64,000 bases of DNA from a bacterium (GTDB taxonomy: Bacteria > Cyanobacteriota > Vampirovibrionia > Gastranaerophilales > JBAXKC01): NCBI GenBank assembly GCA_037137535.1, contig JBAXKC010000005.1, positions 43,908 through 107,907 on the forward strand, written 5' to 3'. The notes under the pieces are model-generated. The model was not told the DNA's origin. It worked only from the letters and a program-made list of their open reading frames with translations, and did no database searches. A program made the translations under genes and the position numbers. Of the stretch, positions 30,113 through 39,720 are shown piece by piece; position 1 is the first letter of the stretch, and each line of letters opens with the position of its first letter.

Positions 30113-31237
30113 ATGAGTGAAAAATATTTTGACTATACATTAGAAAAAAAATCTGCTAAATCAAATGCAAGAGCAGGTACATTTAAAACTCCTCACGGAG
30201 AAATTAAAACACCCGTATTTATGCCTGTTGGTACTAATTCTGCCGTTAAAATGATGACAGGACACCATTTGTATGAAACAAATGCGCAGATTATATTATC
30301 AAATTCATATCATTTATTTTTAAGACCAGGGCATAAATTAATTGAAAAAGCAGGCGGTCTTCATAAATGGATGAATTGGCATAAGCCTATATTAACTGAT
30401 TCAGGCGGATTTCAAGTCTTTAGTCTTGCTGCTTTAAGAAAAATAACTGAAGAAGGAGTAACCTTCAGAGATCCTAAGCGTGGTGATTCTTATTTTATTA
30501 ATCCTGAAGTTTCTATGGAAATTCAGAATGCCCTTGGCCCTGATATTATGATGGCATTTGATGAATGCGCACCATATCCTTGTGATCACACTCATGCTAA
30601 GAAAGCCATGGAACGTACTCATAGATGGTTGGATAGATGTTTTGCCGCTCATAAAAGACCTGACCAAGCATTATTTCCAATTGTTCAAGGTTCTACTTAT
30701 GATGATTTGCGTGCAGAAAGCGTTAAATATATATCATCAGTAGAAGCTCATGGCTATGCAATCGGTGGTGTTAGTGTTGGTGAACCTAGAGAGCTTATTA
30801 ATCATATTGTTGAAATAACAGCCCCCGAATTACCAGAAAATAAACCTAGATATTTAATGGGTGTCGGAACTCCCGAAGATTTACTTGATGGTGTCTTAAG
30901 GGGTATTGATATGTTTGATTGCGTTATGCCTACAAGAAATGCAAGGCATGGTAGCTTTTTTACAAATAAAGGTCGTGGTGTAATTAAAAATAAAGAGTTT
31001 GAAGAAGATTTTACTCCTTTAGATCCCGACTGCACCTGTTATGCTTGTAGAAATCATACTAAAGCCTATATCAGACATCTCTTTAGAATGAAAGAAGCTA
31101 CTGCGGCTATTCTTATGAGTATTCATAATATTCATTTCCTTGTAAACTTAATGTTTGAAGCAAGGGAAGCTGTTTTAAATGATAATTATGAAGCATTTTA
31201 TGATAAGAAAATGACTGATTTGGGTATTATTCGTTAA
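30113..31237 (+). CDS. tgt: tRNA-guanine(34) transglycosylase
   Basis: TPVFMPVGT, LTDSGGFQVFSL, DMFDCVMPTR, CTCYAC. Confidence 0.97.
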   Translation: MSEKYFDYTLEKKSAKSNARAGTFKTPHGEIKTPVFMPVGTNSAVKMMTGHHLYETNAQIILSNSYHLFLRPGHKLIEKAGGLHKWMNWHKPILTDSGGFQVFSLAALRKITEEGVTFRDPKRGDSYFINPEVSMEIQNALGPDIMMAFDECAPYPCDHTHAKKAMERTHRWLDRCFAAHKRPDQALFPIVQGSTYDDLRAESVKYISSVEAHGYAIGGVSVGEPRELINHIVEITAPELPENKPRYLMGVGTPEDLLDGVLRGIDMFDCVMPTRNARHGSFFTNKGRGVIKNKEFEEDFTPLDPDCTCYACRNHTKAYIRHLFRMKEATAAILMSIHNIHFLVNLMFEAREAVLNDNYEAFYDKKMTDLGIIR

Positions 31238-31268
31238 GAATATATTTTTAGTAGTTCATCAAATATTT

Positions 31269-31296
31269 AAAAACCTGCTTTCATAAGCAGGTTTTT
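31269..31296. terminator. Bidirectional intrinsic terminator
   Basis: AAAAACCTGCTT-tcat-AAGCAGGTTTTT between convergent tgt and cobO. Confidence 0.88.
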
Positions 31297-31316
31297 GGTT
31301 TTCTTGGATAGTTATA

Positions 31317-31913
31317 TTAGAATTCTATTCCTTCTCTTGCAGGAATACCTATATCCCAATAGTGTTTTATCGGTTTTATTTCTGAGACAAGATGAGCTAT
31401 TTCCACAATTTCAGGATGTGCTCTTCTGCCTGTCATTACAATTTCTAAATCTAAAGGCTTGTTTTGTAAGAAGTCTTTGACATCATTTATTTCGATTAAT
31501 CCAAGGTCTATTGCTATATTTATCTCATCAAGAACGATAAGTTTATATTCATTAGATTTTGCTGCATCTTTTGCAATGTCCCAACCTTTAGCAATAGCAA
31601 CCTGATCTTCATCATTGATATTAGAGCTATATACAATTCTATCAACGCCTGCTTGAACAATTTTTAGCTTATTGCTTAAATTTTGCATTAATTCTTTAAA
31701 AGAGTATAATTCACCGTAGTTGGTTCCACCCTTAGTAAACATAACTATAAGGACATTCCAACCTCTGCCCAGTGCTCTCATTGTTAAACCGAGAGATGCG
31801 GTTGTTTTACCTTTGCCATCTCCTGTATAGACTTGAATATAGCCTCGTTCATCAAACTGAGGATTTATCAACTCCTGATCAGATAGATTTTGTTTTCTTG
31901 AATTTTTGGTCAT
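31317..31913 (-). CDS. cobO: Cob(I)yrinic acid a,c-diamide adenosyltransferase (CobO/BtuR)
   Basis: VYTGDGKGKTTA, VLDEIN, MTGR, AREGIEF; ATG 31913 with AAGGG RBS. Confidence 0.93.
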   Translation of the reverse strand: MTKNSRKQNLSDQELINPQFDERGYIQVYTGDGKGKTTASLGLTMRALGRGWNVLIVMFTKGGTNYGELYSFKELMQNLSNKLKIVQAGVDRIVYSSNINDEDQVAIAKGWDIAKDAAKSNEYKLIVLDEINIAIDLGLIEINDVKDFLQNKPLDLEIVMTGRRAHPEIVEIAHLVSEIKPIKHYWDIGIPAREGIEF

Positions 31914-32086
31914 TGTCTTGCCCTTAAAATATCTATTATTAATTTTATCATTAATAAAATAAAAAATTTTCTTTATCATAAAATTAATTGATTACTTTGA
32001 ATTTTTGAATTGCCAAATATAATTAATATTAGTATTAATAAACAAATATTAATACCATTATTTATTAAATTAATATCTCTAAACAT

Positions 32087-32119
32087 AAAAAATCCTGACA
32101 TCAATTGTCAGGATTTTTT
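32087..32119 (-). terminator. Intrinsic terminator after hlyD-like gene
   Basis: AAAAAATCCTGACA-tcaat-TGTCAGGATTTTTT. Confidence 0.88.
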
Positions 32120-32136
32120 TAGATTATATGCTTTGT

Positions 32137-33471
32137 TTATCTTACGCTCATACCTTCATTTAAGTATTTAATCAGTGGGTAAATAAAGAACTCTATAATT
32201 CTTCTTTTTCCAACTTTGATTTCTGCACTTAAACTCATACCTGTTTTGAGATAAACTTTTTTACTTTCAACCATCAACGACTTATCGATAGGTGTTATGT
32301 AAACTTCATAGATAAGTCCTGCTTTCGGGTCTTGAATACTGTCTTCTGAGATGCTTTTTACTTTTCCTTTTAAAATTCCGTACTTTTGGAAATCAAAGGT
32401 ATCAATTTTAAGAGCTACCGGCATTCCTTCATGAATAAAGCCTATATCTCTGTTTTCAGCTGTGGCTTTAATTACAAGAGGAGTGTTTATCGGAACAATT
32501 GACATTAATTTTTCTGCTGACGTTACAACTCCACCAACTGTGTGGACTGAAAGAGTATTAATATAACCATCAACAGGTGAAATAATGCGTTGTTTAGTAT
32601 TTTTGTAAGTTGCTTCTTTAATTTGTGAAATAAGATCAGTAGAATTTTTTTGTTTATCAGAAAGTTCTTTTAAATTCTCAGCTTTAAAGTTAGCTCTAAT
32701 GTATGATTGCTCTTCTAGTGCCTGATTTCTTTGATGATGTAACTCATCTAATTTGAAATCAGCTTCTTTTATTTGGCTTTGTAGATTTAAAATATCTGAA
32801 TGGCATTGATCAACTTCATTTTTTGCAATTATATTTATAACTGCATTTAGTCGTCTTTCTTTATCTTTAAGAATAGTTAATTGATTTAAATTATTACTTC
32901 TTGAAGCTAAAGTAGATTTAATTTGCTCATCAACTTTTTTAAGCTCTAATTCTTTTACATCTAACTGTTTTTGCATACTATCCATAGATGAATTGTATAG
33001 TTGAGTCTGTGTATTTATTGAATAAACATCAGGTAATTTTTCACCTGTTGCAGTAGGTGGAACAAATCTAACACCTTGAGATGATGCATCTAACCTTTGT
33101 GATTCTAATTGAATATAATCAAGATTTTTTTTCATTGCATCAAGCCTAGGAGCGGTAGTTGAAGGATCTATTTCCATCAAAATTTGTCCTTTTTTTACAA
33201 AAGAACCCTCTTTTACAAAAATATTAGTTATTACACCAGTATCTAAAGGTTGAATTACTTTAATATTTCCGTCAGGAATTATCTGTCCTCTTGTTGTTAC
33301 TACAATGTCAACTTGTCCAAGGACTAACCAGAGTATAGTGCAAACAAATAAGATAACTACTGTCCAAAACATTGTTCTGCCAATAGGGCTTACAGGTGCA
33401 TCTTCTATTTCTAATAAAATAGGCTTAAACTCGTGAGCGTCATCCATTCTCTTAAATAGTTTTTTAAGCAT
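32137..33471 (-). CDS. HlyD family type I secretion membrane fusion protein
   Basis: EFKPILLEIE, TM helix, coiled coil, SPVDG, FQKYG, IKVGKRRIIEFF. Confidence 0.95.
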   Translation of the reverse strand: MLKKLFKRMDDAHEFKPILLEIEDAPVSPIGRTMFWTVVILFVCTILWLVLGQVDIVVTTRGQIIPDGNIKVIQPLDTGVITNIFVKEGSFVKKGQILMEIDPSTTAPRLDAMKKNLDYIQLESQRLDASSQGVRFVPPTATGEKLPDVYSINTQTQLYNSSMDSMQKQLDVKELELKKVDEQIKSTLASRSNNLNQLTILKDKERRLNAVINIIAKNEVDQCHSDILNLQSQIKEADFKLDELHHQRNQALEEQSYIRANFKAENLKELSDKQKNSTDLISQIKEATYKNTKQRIISPVDGYINTLSVHTVGGVVTSAEKLMSIVPINTPLVIKATAENRDIGFIHEGMPVALKIDTFDFQKYGILKGKVKSISEDSIQDPKAGLIYEVYITPIDKSLMVESKKVYLKTGMSLSAEIKVGKRRIIEFFIYPLIKYLNEGMSVR

Positions 33472-35578
33472 TTACCGGCTCCTGTTGTGTGTACAATTTA
33501 TAATAATAGCCTTTTTTATCTATTAATTCCTGATGTGTTCCCATTTCAATTATTTTGCCCTCATCTAAAGCTACAATTAAATCGCAACCGACAACAGTAA
33601 ATAATCTGTGAGCTATAACAAACATAGTTCTGCTGCTTTTAATCTGTCCGATATTATCTTGAATAATTTTTTCTGATTCGTAATCAAGTGCAGAAGTCGC
33701 TTCGTCAAAAATAAGGATTTTAGGATTTGTAATAATAGCTCTCGCTATTGCTATTCTTTGTCTTTGACCGCCGGAAAGAGTTGAACCTCTTTCACCGACT
33801 AGAGTGTCATAACCTTCAGGTAATTTTCTGATAAAGTCATGTGCTCCTGCAATTTTTGCACATTCAATTATTAATTCAATTGAAGCATCAGGTTTTGGTA
33901 GTGCAATGTTATCTCTTATTGAGCCGCTAAATAAATAATTCTCTTGTAATACTATTCCGATATTATTTCTTAACCATACTGGATTCATGTGTCTTGTATC
34001 GACATCATCAAGATAAACGGCACCTTCATTAGGAATATATAATCTTTGAATAAGTTTTGCGATTGTACTTTTACCGCTTCCGCTTCTTCCTACAAATCCG
34101 ACACTCATTCCAGATTCAACCTTAAGGCTAAAATTATCGATAACATAAGGAGAATTAATATTGTATTTGAATGATAGGTTTTCTATCTTTATTGATCCAT
34201 TAATGCTTGGTAATGTAATAGCTTTGCTATTTGTCGATTCAATAGGGGAATTTAAAATATCACCTAATCTGTCAACACCAAGAAGTGCTTGTTGAAACTC
34301 GTTCCATAAACCTACAAGTCTTAAAACAGGACCTGTGAATTGACCGGAGAACATTTGAAACGCAATAAGCTGACCTATACTTAGTTTATTATCAATTACA
34401 AGTTTAACTCCTAGGTATAGAACTATAATTGACATCATTTTTTGAAAAGCTCCACATATTGCTCCAAGCAATACTCCTAAGTTAGCAAGGTTAAATCCTG
34501 ATTTAACATAAGCACCTAGGTAATCATCCCATTTTTGTTGCATTGAACCTTCAATTGCAAGAGATTTAACGGTTTGAACTCCTGTAACAGACTCAACTAA
34601 ATAGGAGTTTGATTGAGCTCCCATTTGAAATTTTTCGTTTAATCTGTTTCTAAGTTCAGGCGTAACTGTAACATAAAGTAATGCTAATAACGCCACAAAT
34701 ATTATAACTACCACAGATAGCTTAACACTATATAGAACCATAAATACAACGAATATTAATGAGAAGAATACGTCAATGATTACTGATACAGCTTTACTGC
34801 ATATAAAAGATCGAATATTTTCTAATTCTCTTATTCTTTCAATAATATTTCCGACTTTTCTCGATTCAAAATACATAAATGGTAAACCAAATAGATGTTT
34901 GAATAATTTTGAACCCAATTTTGCATCAATTTTGCTGACTGTGTGAATAAAGATATAATTTCTTGAAATATTAAGAACAAGTTCAAATAGTGCAGTTCCG
35001 ATAAAAGCTGCCGCTAATACGTCTAAAGTAAGCATACTTCTATGAACAATTACTTTATCCATAATTACTTGAGTAAATAAAGGTGTTACGAGTCCAAAAA
35101 GCTGAACAATAAACGAACCTATTAAAACTTCTGCTATAACACGTTTATACTTTAAAATTTCGACAAAAAACCACTTGAAACCAAATCGAATGCTTTCTGA
35201 CAACATTTTATGAAAAACTGCAATATATTCAAAAGAAAGTTCATCTATTTGTTCAAAAGTAAGTTCTTGGGTTACATTTGTATCACTGGCAGGTATATAA
35301 AGTAATGCTTTTTCTTCTGCTTTTTTGTCTTTTAACACAACTCCGAAAGTATTATCTTTAAAGACTATTACAGCAGGTAACGGGTAATTTTCTATAAATT
35401 GACTTATAGGTATTTTTTTTAATTTAGCTTTAAATCCATACCTTTTAATGATTTGAAGTAATTGTGCCTTAGATAATTCACTTTCATCTAAACAAAATTC
35501 TCTCACTATTGATCGTAGATCTACACTCATTCTACTTAATTTAGCAATAATTTCGAAACATAAGAGAGCAGTTTGCAT
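33464..35578 (-). CDS. HlyB family type I secretion ABC permease/ATPase with C39-like N-terminal domain
   Basis: FGFKWFF, LVTPLFTQVIMDKVIVH, GRSGSGKST, LSGGQRQR, IFDEATSALD. Confidence 0.95.
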   Translation of the reverse strand: MQTALLCFEIIAKLSRMSVDLRSIVREFCLDESELSKAQLLQIIKRYGFKAKLKKIPISQFIENYPLPAVIVFKDNTFGVVLKDKKAEEKALLYIPASDTNVTQELTFEQIDELSFEYIAVFHKMLSESIRFGFKWFFVEILKYKRVIAEVLIGSFIVQLFGLVTPLFTQVIMDKVIVHRSMLTLDVLAAAFIGTALFELVLNISRNYIFIHTVSKIDAKLGSKLFKHLFGLPFMYFESRKVGNIIERIRELENIRSFICSKAVSVIIDVFFSLIFVVFMVLYSVKLSVVVIIFVALLALLYVTVTPELRNRLNEKFQMGAQSNSYLVESVTGVQTVKSLAIEGSMQQKWDDYLGAYVKSGFNLANLGVLLGAICGAFQKMMSIIVLYLGVKLVIDNKLSIGQLIAFQMFSGQFTGPVLRLVGLWNEFQQALLGVDRLGDILNSPIESTNSKAITLPSINGSIKIENLSFKYNINSPYVIDNFSLKVESGMSVGFVGRSGSGKSTIAKLIQRLYIPNEGAVYLDDVDTRHMNPVWLRNNIGIVLQENYLFSGSIRDNIALPKPDASIELIIECAKIAGAHDFIRKLPEGYDTLVGERGSTLSGGQRQRIAIARAIITNPKILIFDEATSALDYESEKIIQDNIGQIKSSRTMFVIAHRLFTVVGCDLIVALDEGKIIEMGTHQELIDKKGYYYKLYTQQEPVNA

Positions 35579-35838
35579 TAATATTCAACCCCAAATATAA
35601 ATGATTTCAATAAATTTCATATCAAGCATTAATAGATTTATAAAAATTAAAAAATTTATTAAATTCTGATAGAACTATAAAATCTTAGCATGAAGACTTA
35701 GCCTCATCAATAAAGCCTACTACTTATACAGTATTTATATGACCGTTATTTTTTTATGGAGTCAATCTTTTATATGAATTTTTTTAACAACTTGTCGGAT
35801 AAATAAAAAATTAAAAAATTATGATTTATAATATTATT

Positions 35839-37167
35839 ATGAAAAAGAAATTTAATTTATCAATTGGATTAATTTGTGCAATGTTGCTGGCAACCGGCAA
35901 CTTTGCTAAAGCTGAAACAATTACTTTTGACAACGTTTATGATAAGACAAAAACTTATTCACAAGAGCTTAAAATTTCAAACATTGAAATAGGAATAAGC
36001 AAAACTGAATTAAAAAGTGCTAAAGCCGATTATTATCCAACTTTGACGGCTGGATCTTATGCTGAATACACAAGAGATTTAACAAAAAAAACAGGCGGTA
36101 GCGGAGGCTCTTCAATTTCTTCTGTTGGCTCAAGTGTTGTTTCCTCTGCTTCACAATATCAAAATCTTTTAAATATTAACCTATCTTATAATTTATTTGA
36201 TTTTGGGGTAATCCATAAAAAAGTAGTTATGGCAAAAAAGGATGTAGAAGAAAAAAATATTCTATATAAACAAAGCCTTGTTGATTTGAAAATGAAATTG
36301 CTTGACGTATATACGAAGGGTTTAATTTTAAATAAAAGCATAAAAGCGTTAAATCAAATGTTACCAGTTGCCCAATCACTATATGATATGAAACAAGAAC
36401 TTTATAAAGAGGGATTTGCTTCTAAATTACAAGTTTCTGATGAATCTATTAATGTAATGAAGCTTAAAAATGAAATATTGGATAATCAAATTGAATTCAA
36501 AAAAGTATTAACTGATCTTTCATCATATACACATGAAAATTATGATATTGAAAATACTGAATTGTCTGATTTTGATAATCAAGATTATATTGTTCCTATT
36601 GCAAATAAAAGTAATAGGCAAAACTTAAAGTATAAAGTTTATCAACTAGAAATTGAAAAGAAAAAAGCTGAGTTAGAATCAATGAAAAGACAGAAATTAC
36701 CAAATATAAAGCTATATACCAGTTTTGGATTATATGGTGCAGATAGAAGTGACTTTTTAAAATCAGTAAATAATATTGGTACAAGAAATCTTACTGCGGG
36801 CATTTCAGCATCTTTACCGTTATTTGACGGATTTAAAAACTCTGCAAATTGCGACAGATTAAAAATGGAGCTTAAAAAACTTCAATTACAAAAAGAACAG
36901 GCTGAGGAAGATTATAATTCAAGTCTTGATAAATTAACTGAAAGTTTATCTTCTTATAAAGAAGAAAAGAAAAACTATGATATTTTACTAGGTGAAGTAA
37001 GCGAAAAACTTGCTATGCTTAATCAATTATCACAAGAAAAACTGACTGATAAAGCATCTGTTGAGAAGCAAAAGCAAGAGTTAATCAAACAAAAGCTGGA
37101 ATATGAAAAAAATAGAATTATAATAGCCTCTTCAATTAGAAAAATTGAAACTTTATTAGGCACTTAG
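35839..37167 (+). CDS. TolC family outer membrane efflux protein
   Basis: Signal peptide ending AKA; YYPTL, YNLFDFG, LPNI, LPLFDGF; divergent from hlyB/hlyD. Confidence 0.9.
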   Translation: MKKKFNLSIGLICAMLLATGNFAKAETITFDNVYDKTKTYSQELKISNIEIGISKTELKSAKADYYPTLTAGSYAEYTRDLTKKTGGSGGSSISSVGSSVVSSASQYQNLLNINLSYNLFDFGVIHKKVVMAKKDVEEKNILYKQSLVDLKMKLLDVYTKGLILNKSIKALNQMLPVAQSLYDMKQELYKEGFASKLQVSDESINVMKLKNEILDNQIEFKKVLTDLSSYTHENYDIENTELSDFDNQDYIVPIANKSNRQNLKYKVYQLEIEKKKAELESMKRQKLPNIKLYTSFGLYGADRSDFLKSVNNIGTRNLTAGISASLPLFDGFKNSANCDRLKMELKKLQLQKEQAEEDYNSSLDKLTESLSSYKEEKKNYDILLGEVSEKLAMLNQLSQEKLTDKASVEKQKQELIKQKLEYEKNRIIIASSIRKIETLLGT

Positions 37168-37189
37168 CAGATCATATAATATTGGATTT

Positions 37190-37227
37190 TCTGAGGCAAA
37201 ATGCTGTTTGTAGAATTTTGCCTTAGA
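37190..37227. terminator. Hairpin between convergent genes
   Basis: TCTGAGGCAAAAT / ATTTTGCCTTAGA stem with one G-U pair. Confidence 0.55.
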
Positions 37228-37267
37228 GTGTTTTCACTTGGTGATAAATAGTTTTAAGTGTTCTTTA

Positions 37268-38293
37268 TTAAAACTTCTTACAAGCAGGGCTTGTTATATC
37301 AGGAAGTATTATGAAAGAAGATTTTTTATTTTCATTTGTTGTTAATATAGGTTTCCAATAATCTTTTACAAGTAATTTAAAGTTCTTGTCTTTTTCAAAT
37401 TTTAAATTTATTAAGGAAGTTTTTAGTTTGGCACTACTTTGATAATATTTTCTCTCATAAATATATATAATTGCTTCTGAATTGGTAGAGTTAATTACTG
37501 ATGAAATATAAGAAATAACGTGTTCATAATAATCTTGGGCTGTTATTGATAATAAAATATCCACATAAAAATTAAGATTATCCTTTGAATAAATTGTTAT
37601 AAATCCTTCGGCTTCATTTCGTTCTTGATTTATAAATACAAGTTTTTTAGGGTTGTATTTTCTTAAATAATCTAATAAACTGTTTTTTAGGCTTATTTTG
37701 TAATCATTTTTTGATTTTTTTAATGAAACTCTAAATTGTGGATACAATGTAAAAGTATCAAGCTCTAAAAGCTCTTCAGCGTCTTTAGACCTGATTTCTC
37801 TGATTTTATAGCCATCAAGTTTTATTTTTTCAACATCATTACTTTTGAGTTTCCAGATGTCAATTTCACTTAAATACCTAAATCCACAACCATTTTGAAA
37901 AAGTGCAATAGTTTCTGTTTGCATGGACTCAAGTGCTGTTATGAAAGATTGAACACCGGCACCGCCATATTTATTTACAACATAATTAACTAACTGTTTG
38001 CCAATATCAAGATTATTCTGATCAAGAATTAGCCTGTTAATTCTCCATCTCGTGTTGTGTTTATTATCAGGCATAAGGCCTATCAAACCAAGGAGTTCAC
38101 CTTTATTTACCGCTACATAATTTTGTTCAAGAAACCTCATATTTAGAGGCATACTGTCATTGAATAAGGATAGCGGGAAAAAAGTGAACTTCCTGTCTGA
38201 TATAATGCTATAAACATTTGCAGGCTCAATAAATTCAATTTTTTGAGCCAGTTTTTTTATATCTGAAGGTATAAAACGTCTAATTTTTAGCAT
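37268..38293 (-). CDS. Tandem GNAT-fold protein (putative N-acetyltransferase-like)
   Basis: IRRF..SD start, YVA...LLGLI, IGKQLVNYV, IALFQNGCGFR; second repeat begins KIREIRSKD. Confidence 0.65.
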   Translation of the reverse strand: MLKIRRFIPSDIKKLAQKIEFIEPANVYSIISDRKFTFFPLSLFNDSMPLNMRFLEQNYVAVNKGELLGLIGLMPDNKHNTRWRINRLILDQNNLDIGKQLVNYVVNKYGGAGVQSFITALESMQTETIALFQNGCGFRYLSEIDIWKLKSNDVEKIKLDGYKIREIRSKDAEELLELDTFTLYPQFRVSLKKSKNDYKISLKNSLLDYLRKYNPKKLVFINQERNEAEGFITIYSKDNLNFYVDILLSITAQDYYEHVISYISSVINSTNSEAIIYIYERKYYQSSAKLKTSLINLKFEKDKNFKLLVKDYWKPILTTNENKKSSFIILPDITSPACKKF

Positions 38294-38306
38294 TTAACTT
38301 CTTTAA

Positions 38307-38765
38307 TTATATTACTTCTACAATTAATTCAACTTCTACTGAAGAATTCAGCGGTAATGTGTTTACACCAACAGCTGAACGAGCATGTTTGCCTTTATCT
38401 CCAAAGACGTCGCCTAATAAGTCAGAAGCTCCGTTAATAACTTTTGGTTGATCTGTGAATAATGAATCACTATTTACAAATCCAACAACTTTAACAATTC
38501 TTACAACATTATCAAGTCCGACAATATCGTTAATTACACTTAGAGCATTGATAACGCAAAGTTTAGCTCCTTCATAGCCATGTTCGATATTATTTTCAAA
38601 TCCGCCAATTTTACCAGTATAAGCAAGTTTACCTTCTTTCATTGGTAAAACTCCTGAGGTGAAAACGAGATTTCCTGTTCTAACGGCAGGAATATATGTA
38701 GCAACCGGTTGTGGTGCAGGTGGAAGTTCTATTCCAAGTTCTTTTAATCTTTCAAGTATTGACAT
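38307..38765 (-). CDS. RidA/YjgF family protein
   Basis: LGIELP, YIPAVRTGNLVFTSG, VINGASDL, HARSAVGV. Confidence 0.92.
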   Translation of the reverse strand: MSILERLKELGIELPPAPQPVATYIPAVRTGNLVFTSGVLPMKEGKLAYTGKIGGFENNIEHGYEGAKLCVINALSVINDIVGLDNVVRIVKVVGFVNSDSLFTDQPKVINGASDLLGDVFGDKGKHARSAVGVNTLPLNSSVEVELIVEVI

Positions 38766-38815
38766 AATTTTTACTCCTTAACACAAAATTCCAACTTAAA
38801 TTTTAACAGAAACAA

Positions 38816-39718
38816 TTATACGTTTCCAGCGTATACATATTGCAAACCTGCTTTTTTCCCAATTTCGACACCTTCATATATTTTTTCTAATGGAGTAGGC
38901 GGTAAATGAGCCATTTTGTATTGAGGAAAAAACCTTGTAACGTGCCACGGGGTATCTTTTCCAAGTTTAGTTGCAATCCATTCGGCAGTTTTTTCAAAAT
39001 TGTCTACGCTATCATTTATGGTAGGAATAATGTTTGTAATAATTTCAACATGCATTTCTAATTGCTTTGCTCTTTCAATTGTTTCACGAACTTTGTGTCC
39101 ATTTTTGGCATTACAAAATTCTTCATAAAATTTATCATCCATACTTTTTACATCGGCTCTGAATACATCAAGATATGGAGCAATTAGCTCTAGTGCTTCA
39201 ACTGTCATATAGCCGTTGGTCACATATACAGTATAAAAGCCTTGTTCTTTTGCAAGTTTTGCCGAGTCTATTGTATATTCAAGCCATATTGCAGGTTCGT
39301 TATACGTCCAGCTCAAGCCTTGACAGTTATTTTTCGCAATTATACTTACAAGATGTTCTGGTGATAATTGTCCGCTTTTATTTAAAAGTGCTTTTATTTG
39401 TGGATTAGCTAAACTTTCAGCAGACACTTGCGATATTTGCCAATTCTGACAATGTTTACAGTTAAAATTACAGCCAAAACTTCCAACAGAAAGAACTTTT
39501 GTTCCTCGTCTATAATTGTAAACAGGTTTTTTTTCTATAGGGTCTGCGGCAATAGAAGAAATAAGTCCATAAGTATTTAAAACCATTTCCCCGTTAATAT
39601 TTTTTCTTGAAAAGCATCGGGCTATTGTATTTTGCGGAATAACGCATTTGTGATTACAGACATAGCATCGAACAAATCCATTTTTTAATTTTTCCCATAA
39701 TAAGGCTTTATTACTCAT
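38816..39718 (-). CDS. AmmeMemoRadiSam-type radical SAM enzyme
   Basis: CYVCNHKC, DPIEKKP, GCNFNCKHCQNWQISQ, TYNEP, PWHVTRFFP, YVYAGNV. Confidence 0.9.
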   Translation of the reverse strand: MSNKALLWEKLKNGFVRCYVCNHKCVIPQNTIARCFSRKNINGEMVLNTYGLISSIAADPIEKKPVYNYRRGTKVLSVGSFGCNFNCKHCQNWQISQVSAESLANPQIKALLNKSGQLSPEHLVSIIAKNNCQGLSWTYNEPAIWLEYTIDSAKLAKEQGFYTVYVTNGYMTVEALELIAPYLDVFRADVKSMDDKFYEEFCNAKNGHKVRETIERAKQLEMHVEIITNIIPTINDSVDNFEKTAEWIATKLGKDTPWHVTRFFPQYKMAHLPPTPLEKIYEGVEIGKKAGLQYVYAGNV

Positions 39719-39720
39719 AA

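Noticed and set aside
35680-35730. Possible fluoride-riboswitch-like segment ending GCCTAC
   Set aside because: Required P1 and pseudoknot pairings are absent and the downstream genes do not fit
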